From: Candidatus Doudnabacteria bacterium
GTDB lineage: Bacteria > Patescibacteriota > Doudnabacteria > UBA920 > O2-02-FULL-48-8
Reading direction: 5' to 3'
Assembly (NCBI GenBank): GCA_023246005.1
Contig: JAHFJG010000007.1
Coordinates: forward strand, 7,312-71,311
DNA length: 64,000 nucleotides
The position numbers were made by a program, and so were the translations under genes. Positions 44,911-55,128 of the stretch are shown piece by piece (the stretch's first letter is position 1; each line of letters opens with the position of its first letter). The notes under the pieces were generated by a model. The model searched no databases and had not been told where the DNA came from. It worked only from the letters and a program-made list of their open reading frames with translations.

Positions 44911-46524
44911 ATGGTTACCCCAGAACTTATCGAGTATATTAAATCGCGATTGGCGGCAGGTGAAAATGTAGAGACAATTCGAACAAGTCTAAAACAAGCA
45001 AATTGGGCTGACCAAGATATAGAGGAAGCATTAAAAAACGAAGCTGGTCTTATTAACAACGAAATTCAGGCTATTGTAGCACCTAAGACTAATTGGTTTT
45101 TAAGGCATAATGTTTTATATTCTTTAATAGGCGTTTTGCTTTTGGTTGTGATTGTGGGATCGGTATACTGGTGGCAGCAAATCAAAAAGACTAACGAGTT
45201 GCACCAAGCAGTTACAGATCAGTTTGCTGATCTGGATATCAATGGCTCGGCTGAATATAAAACCTATGTTGAATCTATCGATAAAATTGGCGACCAATGG
45301 GCAGCAACTGAAGCTCAAATGAAAGCAAAGGGCTCAAGCCCTGAAGATATTGAATTGGCGAAAAGAGAATTTTTTCAATTTTTTGCTTCGACTCTTCTGC
45401 TGAAAATAAAGTTTGAGGGAACAACAATGAGTAACAGAGAAAAAGAAGCTGTCGCAAGTAAACTGCAACAATTGTCAAAGGATATAAACATTAATTTATC
45501 AGTTGATACAGGCTGCGAATACACAGAACAAAAATTAACTCTCCAAAATTTCTTTGTTGGTGCTACACTTAAATTTAAGAAGCCAATGGTCTATGTAGAC
45601 TGGAAAGAAGAGCAAGCAAAATATTGCTCTCCAAGTTATGCTTCAGCCAAATATTATTCTTTGGAATCAGCTAGTCAGTGGAACAGTACAATCTTTGATA
45701 AAGAAGGTAGAGGGATAAAGGATTATAAAATTGATCCTTCGGTTACTTTTAAAGTAGAAGGCAGATTCAAACTACATAGCCGAAGCCTATTTAGCGAAGG
45801 TAATCGGGATCACTATATCATCAAGGATAGCAATGGTGTAATTAGTATAGTTCCATTTTTCGATATTTTTGATCAATATTATAAAACTGATACTGTAGAC
45901 GATGGCGAAGCTGGTGCTGAATTATACAAAAACGGCCAGTACATCGGATATGTTGTTTCTGATATACATAGCGGCGGCGTTTGGATCCATGGTGCTCCAA
46001 TCCCGCAGGATGTAATAGATGCAAATACTCCAGAAATACCGACCAGCTTTACTGGCCCCACATCAAAACGAACGGAATTTATGCAGCGAGTAGCTGTAGC
46101 CATTGGTGATGGGAAGATTGTGAATTACACTAGTCAAGAAATAATCAACTCGGATCTAGGTAAGGATTTATATACCTATAAAGACGGAGAAGTCATTAAC
46201 GACTTTGGAGGTAAAATAACGATTAAAAAGAATGGCGATAAGGTATCCGTCATATTTGATAAAATTCCCAAGGGAGAAGACTGTTATGAATTTTATTACA
46301 TAAATGATCCAGAAACTTATGGTTTCAAAGAGAGTTATATTGATGGAGTTCTTGAAGAGTATGATTTTACGAATTCCAAGAATTGGAATCCGATTATTGA
46401 TGCATTTAAACAAAAAGTGTGTTTTCCTGCTAATGGAACAACTACGATAGAATTTCGTGGCAACATTAATGATATTAAAAATGCCGCGCTTTGGATTAAG
46501 AAACGATATGATCCAAAATATTAG
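44911..46524 (+). CDS. hypothetical membrane-anchored protein (537 aa)
   Basis: One TM helix LYSLIGVLLLVVIVGSVYWW. No recognisable domain. Confidence 0.3.
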   Translation: MVTPELIEYIKSRLAAGENVETIRTSLKQANWADQDIEEALKNEAGLINNEIQAIVAPKTNWFLRHNVLYSLIGVLLLVVIVGSVYWWQQIKKTNELHQAVTDQFADLDINGSAEYKTYVESIDKIGDQWAATEAQMKAKGSSPEDIELAKREFFQFFASTLLLKIKFEGTTMSNREKEAVASKLQQLSKDININLSVDTGCEYTEQKLTLQNFFVGATLKFKKPMVYVDWKEEQAKYCSPSYASAKYYSLESASQWNSTIFDKEGRGIKDYKIDPSVTFKVEGRFKLHSRSLFSEGNRDHYIIKDSNGVISIVPFFDIFDQYYKTDTVDDGEAGAELYKNGQYIGYVVSDIHSGGVWIHGAPIPQDVIDANTPEIPTSFTGPTSKRTEFMQRVAVAIGDGKIVNYTSQEIINSDLGKDLYTYKDGEVINDFGGKITIKKNGDKVSVIFDKIPKGEDCYEFYYINDPETYGFKESYIDGVLEEYDFTNSKNWNPIIDAFKQKVCFPANGTTTIEFRGNINDIKNAALWIKKRYDPKY

Positions 46525-46762
46525 CTATTGATTATTAATAGCCTTACTCAGAGGTAGAGAACTGCTAGAATTGACCAAAGCCTTGTATATCTGGCTAACT
46601 AAAGCCATCCACCTTCGCTGAAACTTCGGTGGACAAGAAGCAGTTTGCCGCCCCGACTTCGTTATAGACTTCGTCGGGCAGGCTGATCAGTCCTGCTCCA
46701 CCAGTTGACCAAAAGACTTTAAAAATCTATAATTTACTTGGTTTAACATTTAAGTTACCTCG

Positions 46763-47275
46763 ATAGCACTAAGAACCAGAATCAACAATCAAATACGCGT
46801 CCCGGAAGTGCGGGTCATTGATGCTGATGGCAAGATGGTCGGCATTATGAAAATCGAAGAAGCCTTAGCTTTAGCGCGAGAAAAAGAAGTTGATTTAGTC
46901 GAGATTTCGCCCCAAGCCAAGCCGCCAGTGGTGAAACTGCTCAACTATGACAAGTACCGTTACCAGCAAGAAAAAGCCGCCCAGGAAGCTAAAAAAAAGG
47001 TTAAGAAGGTGACTATTAAGGGTGTTCGCCTATCAGTAAGGATTGGCGAACACGATCTAAACTTTAAAGCTAAACAAACCGGTGAGTTTCTGACCGAAGG
47101 CAACAAAGTCAAAATAGATGTAGTCATGCGCGGTCGAGAACAAGCTCATCCAGAATTAGCCTTTGATCTCATCAGAAAATTTCAGACTTTGATCACTATC
47201 CCCTTTATGAAAGAAGCTGGTCCGACCAGAATGGGCAACACTGTTTCTATCATTGTTGCTCCCCCACTTAAATAA
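46763..47275 (+). CDS. infC: translation initiation factor IF-3, probably starting at a non-AUG (AUA/AUU-type) codon
   Basis: RINNQIRVPEVRVIDADGKMVGI...VDLVEISPQAKPPVVKLLNYDKYRY matches the IF3 N-terminus. The conserved N-terminus extends upstream of the first ATG (46808), in frame to a stop at 46751. Confidence 0.75.
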   Translation: MALRTRINNQIRVPEVRVIDADGKMVGIMKIEEALALAREKEVDLVEISPQAKPPVVKLLNYDKYRYQQEKAAQEAKKKVKKVTIKGVRLSVRIGEHDLNFKAKQTGEFLTEGNKVKIDVVMRGREQAHPELAFDLIRKFQTLITIPFMKEAGPTRMGNTVSIIVAPPLK

Positions 47276-47276
47276 T

Positions 47277-47468
47277 ATGGCTAAACAGAAGACCAATAAA
47301 CGCGTTGCGAAAACATTCTGGAAAACGGGCAGCGGCAAACTCATGCGCCGCAAATCCGGCCAAGCTCATTTTAATTCCAGAGAATCAGGCAATACGACTA
47401 AGAACAAACGCCGAGATTTGGCAGTTCACAAAACGAATCTAAAGATTAAACTATTAATGCGAGGATAA
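47277..47468 (+). CDS. rpmI: 50S ribosomal protein L35
   Basis: MAKQKTNKRVAKTFWKTGSGKLMRRKSGQAH. The infC-rpmI-rplT order is conserved. Confidence 0.8.
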   Translation: MAKQKTNKRVAKTFWKTGSGKLMRRKSGQAHFNSRESGNTTKNKRRDLAVHKTNLKIKLLMRG

Positions 47469-47470
47469 TT

Positions 47471-47815
47471 ATGACTAGAGTTAAACGCGGAGTTGCCGCA
47501 CACAAACGAAGAAAATACGTATTAGCCAGAACCAAAGGCTTTACCAATCGTCGTCGAACCAATGCCATTGCAGCCAAGGAAGCCTTGCTTCATGCTGACT
47601 CTTATGCCTATGGCCACAGACGACTGCGCAAGCGAGACTTTAAAAAACTTTGGACAATCAGGATTAATGCTGCCAGCCGCGGACAAGGTTTAACCTATAG
47701 CAAACTGATGGATAAGCTTAATAAAAATAAAGTCTTGCTCAATCGCAAAATGCTGGCGGAACTCGCTGTCAGAAACCCCAAAGCTTTCGAATCAATCATA
47801 GCGGCGGTAAAATAA
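47471..47815 (+). CDS. rplT: 50S ribosomal protein L20
   Basis: MTRVKRGVAAHKRRKYVLARTKGF... Confidence 0.9.
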   Translation: MTRVKRGVAAHKRRKYVLARTKGFTNRRRTNAIAAKEALLHADSYAYGHRRLRKRDFKKLWTIRINAASRGQGLTYSKLMDKLNKNKVLLNRKMLAELAVRNPKAFESIIAAVK

Positions 47816-48510
47816 TGCCTTCCAAAAAAATAAGAGCCATTTCACGTGGCTCTTTAATTATCGACCAAATTTTCCTCGAGATCGTCAAACTGCTGAAAAG
47901 TCAAAAAACCGGTTTGACGGAAATTAAAATTGCCAATTTGATCAGGCGCAGAGCGAAAAAATTGGGAGCCAGCGGTATGGCCTTCCCACCAATTGTTTCA
48001 TTCGGCCAAAGCTCGGCAGAGATCCACCACTCCCCTTCCTCCAAAAAAATCGGCAAAAATAATTTTCTAATGCTCGATTTCGGGGTCAAGACCCAAGGAT
48101 ATTGTTCAGATTTCACTCGTACGCTATTTTTGGGCCGGCCAAAAAAATTCCACGAACAAATCTATAATATTGTTTTGAAGGCGCAGCTGACCGCAATTAA
48201 AAAAGTTTCAATTGGCCGGCATAGTGACGAAATCGACTTTACCGCTCGCCACATCATCAATCACTCTGGCTACGGAAAATTTTATGTCCACGGCACAGGC
48301 CACGGCGTGGGCAAAAAAATCCATGAAACACCGAACTTTAAGTCCAACTCCGGAGATTCGATAGCCAAAAATGACATCGTCACTATTGAACCCGGAATTT
48401 ATCTGCCGAAGAAATTTGGCGTCAGAATAGAAGATATGATTTTAGTCTCCAGCAAACCGAAAATCTTTTCCAAAGTTGGAAAAGATTTTCGAAATATGAT
48501 AATCAGCTGA
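47815..48510 (+). CDS. M24-family metallopeptidase (Xaa-Pro aminopeptidase/creatinase-type catalytic domain)
   Basis: HGTGHGVG, IEPGIY, RIED motifs. Overlaps the rplT stop (ATGA). Confidence 0.7.
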   Translation: MPSKKIRAISRGSLIIDQIFLEIVKLLKSQKTGLTEIKIANLIRRRAKKLGASGMAFPPIVSFGQSSAEIHHSPSSKKIGKNNFLMLDFGVKTQGYCSDFTRTLFLGRPKKFHEQIYNIVLKAQLTAIKKVSIGRHSDEIDFTARHIINHSGYGKFYVHGTGHGVGKKIHETPNFKSNSGDSIAKNDIVTIEPGIYLPKKFGVRIEDMILVSSKPKIFSKVGKDFRNMIIS

Positions 48511-48513
48511 CGA

Positions 48514-51153
48514 TTACTTTTTTAACGAATCGATTTGCTGTTGTAATTGAGGATTATTTAAACCAATAATCTGCTGGACTTTTTCAAACTCAGCTAATGC
48601 TTTCTCCTTATCCCCTCTTTGCGCATAAATCAGCCCTAAAGAATAAAGCGCATTAGCGTGGTTTGGAACCAAGACAAGAACTCGATTAAAGATTTTTTCG
48701 GCAGTCGCATAATCCTTTTGATTGAAAGTAATTCTACCTTGCTCAAACAAAACATCAGAGTTGTTAGGTAACAACTGCACAGCGATGCCAATTTCTTTTT
48801 TCGCATCATCAACTTTGTTATCGCGCTCATAGATGCGGGCTAATTGAATATAAAATTCGGACAAATCTGACTTTAGTTCAATTGCCTTATTTAATTCGTC
48901 CTCGGCCTGCTTCATCACTACAGGATCAATCTTAGTTATAGCTGCTATCTGATCAGAAGTAAGAGACCCGGATCCTGCCGGATTCAAACCGGATTTAACC
49001 TCATCTCCATCTGAAATGCCATTCTTGTTAGTATCCGGATTATTCGGATCAGATCCAAGCTTAGCTTCCAGCGCATCCGGCAAGCCATCTTTGTCAGTAT
49101 CAGGACCAGTAAACAGGGACGTGTCGGTTACTTGAGCAGAAGTAGAATATGCCTGGCCTAGTTGATAATACAAAGCTGGATTATGCGGATCTCGATCAAT
49201 GGCTTTTTGCAACGCATCAATGATAAACTTGTCTGAACCCGTAACCAAGGGTCGGATGTTGCTGTAGAATCTAGCTAAAGTCAACCAGTTGGAAGCTTTT
49301 GTTGGTGAAATTTGCACAGCTTGCTGGCCTGCTGTTATTAAGCTTGCCATCCAGGATTTAATCAAATTTGTATTTGGCTGTGGTTTGGCGAATTCTTGCG
49401 AGGCTTGATAAATCAAACTCTGTCCATAACCTAAATAGTAAACATCACGATAAGGATTTAAACTAATTGCCCGAGAAAAATCATTGGAAACTTTAGCATA
49501 ATTTGGATTAGTTTGAGCTGATTCTTTAAGGCCCAAATTATAATACGCCTCTCCCCCGTACACTGCGACCTCGAAAAATAAGCCCAACAATAATACTGCC
49601 AAAATCAACAAACTGGCAAATGTCCAAGAAAGAGTCGAACGCGGAGACGAAATCAATGATAGATTTCGATCTTGAGCCTCTGGTCCTTCGTTCCAATGCG
49701 CTATCGCCATAAACATGGCGATTGACAACCAAAACAGGAAATAGAAAGTCGTGTTAAAAAAATAAAAGAAATGAGTAACATACAAAGTAAACCATAAAAT
49801 AAAAAATCCTAGAGCATAAATCCAACCATTGTGTTGGATTTTTTTAAGGATGAAAAACAAAGCATAAATCAGGAATAAAATGGAGGTGAGTTCAAAGGCT
49901 AATAATCCCAATAGTCCAGTTTCAATCGCAATGTTTGCCAGTTCGCTTGTTGCTCGATCAAAATTCAAACTCCAGGCAATCGTTTTATTTAATTCTACGG
50001 GCTTAAAATCGCCAAAAATAACACCGATTGTACCAGGACCAGAGCCTAGGATGGCTTGTTTGACATTACTAGTTAAAGAATTCTTGGCCAAAGTCCAAAT
50101 AGTAGAATTAGAAAGTTGAATCTCTGCTGGCAATTTAAGATTAACCAATTTGCTCGGATTGATGATTTGCGGCAGAAACTGCAAAGCAACAAATAATATA
50201 GCAAGAACTAAAATAATCATTGGTTTCCAAAACCAGGCTTGGGAATTTTGGGCCTGATTGCCTAAAGTCATAGTCAAAGCCAAAAATACTACCATACCTA
50301 AGGCTAGGACTAACCAAGCAACAAAAGCATTAAGTAAAAACAAAACCGCAAAAGCAACTAAGCTTAATAAAACCAAAATGCCCTTCCGAATTTTACTGGG
50401 CTTAAGGTTGTTTAACATCAACCACTGGAAAAAAATTAAACTGAGAGATGCAAAGATTGCTAAACCAGCCAAACTACCGATTGGGTTGAATGAACGATTA
50501 TGAGTGAGTGCCAGAGGTAAAATAAATAAACCTAAAATTTGCAATAAACTATAAACCAAAACAAGTCCAGAGCTAACTAACAAACAATCCAAAAGCCGTT
50601 TTACGGTTTTTTCTGATCTGACATTATTTACGATCAGAAAATATAAAACGATAAAAGTTGCGACTGAAATAAAACTTCCGATAAATCGGCCATAATAACC
50701 CAAAAAAGAAGAAGCCTTATCTACTGAAACAAAACTTGTTATAAAATAAATAGCCAGATATGCCAACAAGATATAATCGAGAGAAGTTTTAACCCAAGAA
50801 ACTCTGCGCGTCGTGAGAATTTTGATCACCCAAACTCCCAGCATTATCACCATAACTAAAAATAGCAAGGCTTGTTTGTTAAATTCTCTTACTTCTGAAG
50901 TAATAGAAATAAACAACAATGGGGTCAATAATACCGCGGCGTATAAACAATAATCAATAATTCTATTAAAAAAACTTGTTCCTGGAGTTGTAGTTATAGG
51001 AGTCAAGATCGGGGTAGCTTGGGTCGCTTGCTGGGGCTTAATTTCTCTAATCTCCCTAACCGATTCCCGAGCCATGTCCATACCAGTAGCTTTGGCTTGG
51101 TGGTGTACGCGTTGGTCGCCTGGAGTCGGCTTTTTCTTTAAAAATTCGAACAT
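48514..51153 (-). CDS. polytopic membrane protein (O-antigen ligase/Wzy-like) fused to C-terminal TPR repeats
   Basis: At least 10 TM helices N-terminally. C-terminal TPR-like repeats (...ALYYQLGQAYS..., ...ALYSLGLIYAQRGD...). TSP3-like DTDKDGLPD motif. Confidence 0.45.
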   Translation of the reverse strand: MFEFLKKKPTPGDQRVHHQAKATGMDMARESVREIREIKPQQATQATPILTPITTTPGTSFFNRIIDYCLYAAVLLTPLLFISITSEVREFNKQALLFLVMVIMLGVWVIKILTTRRVSWVKTSLDYILLAYLAIYFITSFVSVDKASSFLGYYGRFIGSFISVATFIVLYFLIVNNVRSEKTVKRLLDCLLVSSGLVLVYSLLQILGLFILPLALTHNRSFNPIGSLAGLAIFASLSLIFFQWLMLNNLKPSKIRKGILVLLSLVAFAVLFLLNAFVAWLVLALGMVVFLALTMTLGNQAQNSQAWFWKPMIILVLAILFVALQFLPQIINPSKLVNLKLPAEIQLSNSTIWTLAKNSLTSNVKQAILGSGPGTIGVIFGDFKPVELNKTIAWSLNFDRATSELANIAIETGLLGLLAFELTSILFLIYALFFILKKIQHNGWIYALGFFILWFTLYVTHFFYFFNTTFYFLFWLSIAMFMAIAHWNEGPEAQDRNLSLISSPRSTLSWTFASLLILAVLLLGLFFEVAVYGGEAYYNLGLKESAQTNPNYAKVSNDFSRAISLNPYRDVYYLGYGQSLIYQASQEFAKPQPNTNLIKSWMASLITAGQQAVQISPTKASNWLTLARFYSNIRPLVTGSDKFIIDALQKAIDRDPHNPALYYQLGQAYSTSAQVTDTSLFTGPDTDKDGLPDALEAKLGSDPNNPDTNKNGISDGDEVKSGLNPAGSGSLTSDQIAAITKIDPVVMKQAEDELNKAIELKSDLSEFYIQLARIYERDNKVDDAKKEIGIAVQLLPNNSDVLFEQGRITFNQKDYATAEKIFNRVLVLVPNHANALYSLGLIYAQRGDKEKALAEFEKVQQIIGLNNPQLQQQIDSLKK

Positions 51154-51649
51154 TGTTGTTTCCTCTCTTTTATCAAATTGACCTATCTATTATACCACAA
51201 GGTTTAAAAAACATAATAACCAGGTGAGAGAGCCTGGTTATTATGTGTATTGAAAGACAGTATTTGTGAGGAAAGCTACTATTTTGGTAACCCCTCACCA
51301 CTGACCTTCAATTTGGTATTCCCTGTCCAGAACAAATCTTCGGTGGTTAAGCCTAATGATTGTGTTCCAGGCCGGAAATAAGCGAATTTAAAAGGTGCGA
51401 TCTTTGAGTTTCTTGAATTTCTGTTTTTGTTTCAAACTAGGCGAACAAACCTAAACCATCCTTCATATGTTAGGATCGTTTAGTTTGCTTAGCGCCCGAT
51501 TTGGAAAACCATATTGTTATTTTGTCTTGATTTCTACTTGAGTATTTTTTATACTATAAATAGTATAGCAAATTTTTCGGTTCTTGTAAAGAGCGATTTG
51601 ACAATAATTAGCCATAAGAATACAATTTATTTACTTTAACAATTATTAA

Positions 51650-51775
51650 TTGACAGTTCCATTAAGGTCGGTTGGGGAAGTGGGCGTAAATCCCACACTG
51701 TGCCGCAACTGTAATTGTTACGTGTTACATGATAAATGTTACGTGACTTAAGTCAGAGTACCAACCAACTGTCAA
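51650..51775 (+). promoter_or_regulatory. candidate cobalamin (AdoCbl-type, short variant) riboswitch aptamer
   Basis: P1 TTGACAGTT/AACTGTCAA encloses GGGGAAG..GGGCGTAAATCCCAC..CTGTGCCGCAACTGTAA (compare consensus AGGGAA..GGTGnAAnTCC..CCCGCnACTGT.A) and a B12-box-like AAGTCAGAGTACCAACC. Confidence 0.45.
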
Positions 51776-51790
51776 ACTACAAATATGACA

Positions 51791-51819
51791 CCTCTTCGAG
51801 CAAAGAGGAGCGCTTTTTT
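51791..51819 (+). terminator. terminator-like hairpin (CCTCTTcgagcaAAGAGG...TTTTTT) forming a putative expression platform; a second hairpin at 51832-51856 could sequester a GGAGG
   Basis: Hairpin plus T6 between the aptamer and the ATG at 51874. Confidence 0.4.
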
Positions 51820-51873
51820 AAATCATAAAAGGCCGCTTCCTTCTTGGAGGCGGTCTTATTTAGAAAGGCGTAT

Positions 51874-53487
51874 ATGAGAAGACTCGTTGTCTTACTCAGT
51901 TTTGGCGCGATTCTGTTCGGCCCCTTGACGGTGTTTGCTAGTTACAACCAAACATCTGCAGAAAGTTATTTAACGGCGCATGCGAGTAATCCCTGGAGTA
52001 CCATGGCCCTGGCCATGCTCAATTCCAGTTCTATCCCATCAGATTATCTCAAAACGATTAATGGGACAACTGCCATCGAATATGCAGCTCCCATCCTTGC
52101 CATCACAGCCTTGGGTCAGGACCCGCGAACTTTTGGCGATAAAGATCTTATCGCAGAACTAGAAAAATTTCACACAAGTAATCAAATCGGCGATACAGCT
52201 ACAATTAATGATGATATCTTCGGCCTGTTCGCCTTGCTCTCTGCAGGAGTTCCGAACAATGATCCAACAATTATAGATGCTGAAAATTTTATCCTCGCGC
52301 ACCAGCAAGCCAATGGCGGCTGGGGCTTTGCTACCAGCGGCGGTACTGACAGCAATATGACCTCTGCGGCAATTGTCGCACTCATCGCGGACGGAGTTTT
52401 GGCAACAGATACTAAAATTCAAAACGCCTTAGATTATCTGAAGACTGCGCAAAATGCCGACGGCGGGTTTACCTATGACCCGCAAAGTCAATTTGGAACA
52501 GATTCGGATTCTTCTTCCACTGCCTGGGTCCTCTGGGCGCTTAATGCCGCAAAAATTAATCCTGACGACTGGACCAAACCTAACGGCTCCCCGACTTCGT
52601 ATTTGGAATCTAACCAAGTTGCAACTGGTTTCTTCAAATATCAAAGCATTTCCACTGAAGATTCTTTTTCAGCGACAACCACAGCTTATGCCGTGATGGC
52701 GCTAAACGGAAAAACTCTGCCTCTCAATATCTTTACTGCTCCAATTCCGACTTTTACACTGACCTATATTGCGGGGCCAAACGGCAGTCTAACGGGATCG
52801 GCTTCCCAAACAGTAAGTTTGGGTGCTGATGGGACAGCGGTCACTGCGGTAGCCGTAGACGGCTTTCATTTCAGTAATTGGAGCGATGGCGTGCTTGCTG
52901 CTGCCCGCACTGACACGAATGTCTCAACAAATATCTCTGCCACGGCAAACTTTGTAGTTGACCTTAAAGGCGGAGGCGGATGGGGCGGAGGGGGAATCTT
53001 CTGCTTAGACTGCAGCACTTTTGTGCCAAGCACAACTGTAACTTCAGCCCCAACTCCGAACCCAACCCCACCAAGCCATATTCCTATACCAACAAATCCG
53101 CCTGGGCAGGTTTTGGGAACGACCGCTTTCGCTTCGGGCACTTTAGTCAAAACAACAAATGATGCCACTGTCTATATCGTAGAAAACGAGAAATACCGAC
53201 CGTTTAGCAATGAGCTGACATTCCTTACCCGCGGGTTAAGATTTTCGGATGTTCAAATTATTGATTCTAATCTCATAAGCACAAATAACTTTGGAAAGAT
53301 TATGGGCTTTGCTGACGGCATTTTGATCAAAGGAAGTTCAGCAACAGTGTACATGATTTTAAAAAACACCAAACTCGGCTTTGTATCCATGGGCGTTTTA
53401 TCGCGGATGAAATTGTCTTTAGACAACGTTGTCGAAATCAGCGATGCAGATTTGGCTAGTTATGACGATGGCGAGATAATGCAATAA
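51874..53487 (+). CDS. secreted alpha/alpha-toroid protein (prenyltransferase/squalene-cyclase-type repeats) with C-terminal ~60-aa surface repeats; candidate extracellular cobalamin-binding protein
   Basis: Signal peptide MRRLVVLLSFGAILFGPLTVFA. Repeats HQQANGGWGF and AQNADGGFTY. C-terminal modules TVYIVENEKYRPF...GLRFSDV are homologous to the C-terminus of 39650-43537. Confidence 0.45.
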   Translation: MRRLVVLLSFGAILFGPLTVFASYNQTSAESYLTAHASNPWSTMALAMLNSSSIPSDYLKTINGTTAIEYAAPILAITALGQDPRTFGDKDLIAELEKFHTSNQIGDTATINDDIFGLFALLSAGVPNNDPTIIDAENFILAHQQANGGWGFATSGGTDSNMTSAAIVALIADGVLATDTKIQNALDYLKTAQNADGGFTYDPQSQFGTDSDSSSTAWVLWALNAAKINPDDWTKPNGSPTSYLESNQVATGFFKYQSISTEDSFSATTTAYAVMALNGKTLPLNIFTAPIPTFTLTYIAGPNGSLTGSASQTVSLGADGTAVTAVAVDGFHFSNWSDGVLAAARTDTNVSTNISATANFVVDLKGGGGWGGGGIFCLDCSTFVPSTTVTSAPTPNPTPPSHIPIPTNPPGQVLGTTAFASGTLVKTTNDATVYIVENEKYRPFSNELTFLTRGLRFSDVQIIDSNLISTNNFGKIMGFADGILIKGSSATVYMILKNTKLGFVSMGVLSRMKLSLDNVVEISDADLASYDDGEIMQ

Positions 53488-53493
53488 TTTTTA

Positions 53494-54789
53494 CTACTTC
53501 CCAAAAGCTATCGCGTCTGGGGCAAAATCGACGGTTTTCGCCAGTAGTCCCGATCGAATCGTGAATTCGCCGTATTTGTTATTAATCCTGTCGAGTGTAT
53601 TCGTCAGATTTAAAAACTTATCTGAAAATAAAGTCAGTTGATTGATTTTGCGATTCAAATAAATAAAACCCACAGCAATGTGCATAACCTCACTGGCAAA
53701 ATTCCAGCTTTTCGAAATGTTCATAGCTTGCTCATATAATTGCAAACCAGTTTCAATTTGAAATTGAAGCTTTTTCGACCAGTGAAGCCGGGTACCATCC
53801 ACAAGGCTTATGGATAAATATAAACCCGAAGCCACAAAGCCCTTATGCCGCATCCGCCGTGAGGCTTTTTCTGCCAGACGCAAGATGACAATTTTTAAAC
53901 GCTCCTTGTTAACCGTGCGGAAATTCAAAACCCAGGAATGGCCAAATGATTTAGGTTCGTCCCCATCATTACTGATTTCATCTTCTTCCAATCCATTCAC
54001 CCTCTGCCAAATATAAAACCCAGGCTTGCCAAACATAGCCATCAAATTTTCTACTGGATAATCAAGCAGCTGCAAAGGACTTGTAATATTCAGCTTTGCC
54101 AACCTTGTCTGCCAGCCCTTGCCGATCCCCCATAAATCCGACAACTCCTTGTGCTTATAAATTTCCGACAAATTTTCGCGCCAAACTATACCGATGTCAT
54201 CGTTTCTGTACACCCCCACACCAAAATTTTGGTGTGGGGGTAAATCAGCCGCGAGTTTGGCCATAAATTTGTTTGGGGCAATGCCCACAGAGCATGTTAG
54301 CCATTCGCCAACTTCTTTCTTAATACGCTCTTTGATTAGAGAACCAATAATTAAAGGGTTTGTAGCGTGCCGATTTATCGGCTCATGCAAATCCAAAAAT
54401 GATTCATCCACACTATAAGTCTCAATTCTATTGGCATAATCAGCAAATATTCGATTAATCTGCCTATTGACCTCGCGATATTTTTCCGGCTCTGAATCCA
54501 CAACTAAAATTTTCGGATAAATTTTTCGGGCCTTGTATAATGGTAAACCGTTTTTGATTCCCAAGGCCTTGGCTTCTTTGGATGTCCCAATCAAACAGGA
54601 TGCCTCGAGCCGGCTATTCGAGACACCCAAAGGCTTGCCTCGCAAAAATGGATTAGCCTGTTGTTCGACAGAAGCAAAAAACGAATTCATGTCCACAAGC
54701 ATGATTCTGGGAAATTGACGAATTGCGGATTTCGAATTTCGAATTAATCCGTAATCCGTTAATTCATAATTCGTTAATTTATTCTGCAT
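53494..54789 (-). CDS. dinB: Y-family DNA polymerase IV (DinB/ImpB family); true start probably M at about 54702
   Basis: MLVDMNSFFASVEQ...; SVDESFLD; Y-family little-finger region. The listed N-terminal 29 aa are probably not translated. Confidence 0.85.
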   Translation of the reverse strand: MQNKLTNYELTDYGLIRNSKSAIRQFPRIMLVDMNSFFASVEQQANPFLRGKPLGVSNSRLEASCLIGTSKEAKALGIKNGLPLYKARKIYPKILVVDSEPEKYREVNRQINRIFADYANRIETYSVDESFLDLHEPINRHATNPLIIGSLIKERIKKEVGEWLTCSVGIAPNKFMAKLAADLPPHQNFGVGVYRNDDIGIVWRENLSEIYKHKELSDLWGIGKGWQTRLAKLNITSPLQLLDYPVENLMAMFGKPGFYIWQRVNGLEEDEISNDGDEPKSFGHSWVLNFRTVNKERLKIVILRLAEKASRRMRHKGFVASGLYLSISLVDGTRLHWSKKLQFQIETGLQLYEQAMNISKSWNFASEVMHIAVGFIYLNRKINQLTLFSDKFLNLTNTLDRINNKYGEFTIRSGLLAKTVDFAPDAIAFGK

Positions 54790-55036
54790 AACTTTCTAAT
54801 AATGTCCAGGTTAAATTTTCCGAATTAAACTGTAGTTTAAAGTAATTCGTACTATCTGAAACTGCAAAAAAATAAAACTTGGCCCGGCCTTGCCAGCTGG
54901 TGTAAACCAAGTTAATTTTTTTGATCACAACTTCTCGGTCTTGCCACAAAAACTTCATTGGTAAAAGTTTACCTGCAGAAAATTTTGCCACAACTTCGAT
55001 TGGTTCGTTGATTTGATTAAACATAAAAGACGGCAT
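54779..55036 (-). CDS. small hypothetical protein (85 aa) upstream of dinB
   Basis: Intact ORF. No recognisable motif. Confidence 0.3.
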   Translation of the reverse strand: MPSFMFNQINEPIEVVAKFSAGKLLPMKFLWQDREVVIKKINLVYTSWQGRAKFYFFAVSDSTNYFKLQFNSENLTWTLLESYAE

Positions 55037-55128
55037 TTCTGCCGCCTCTTATTTTTGATATTAGTGTCCCAACATGATTATGTTGTTAATACTAACAACA
55101 GTATTCTATCAGATACAAAATTTATTTG

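Noticed and set aside
51300-51370. CCAGGCCGGAAATAAGCG resembles the SRP RNA domain IV motif (CAGGTCCGGAAGGAAGC)
   Set aside because: No complementary strand to build the conserved helix 8 with symmetric loops. Similarity limited to about 12 nt. Needs a covariance search before any claim.
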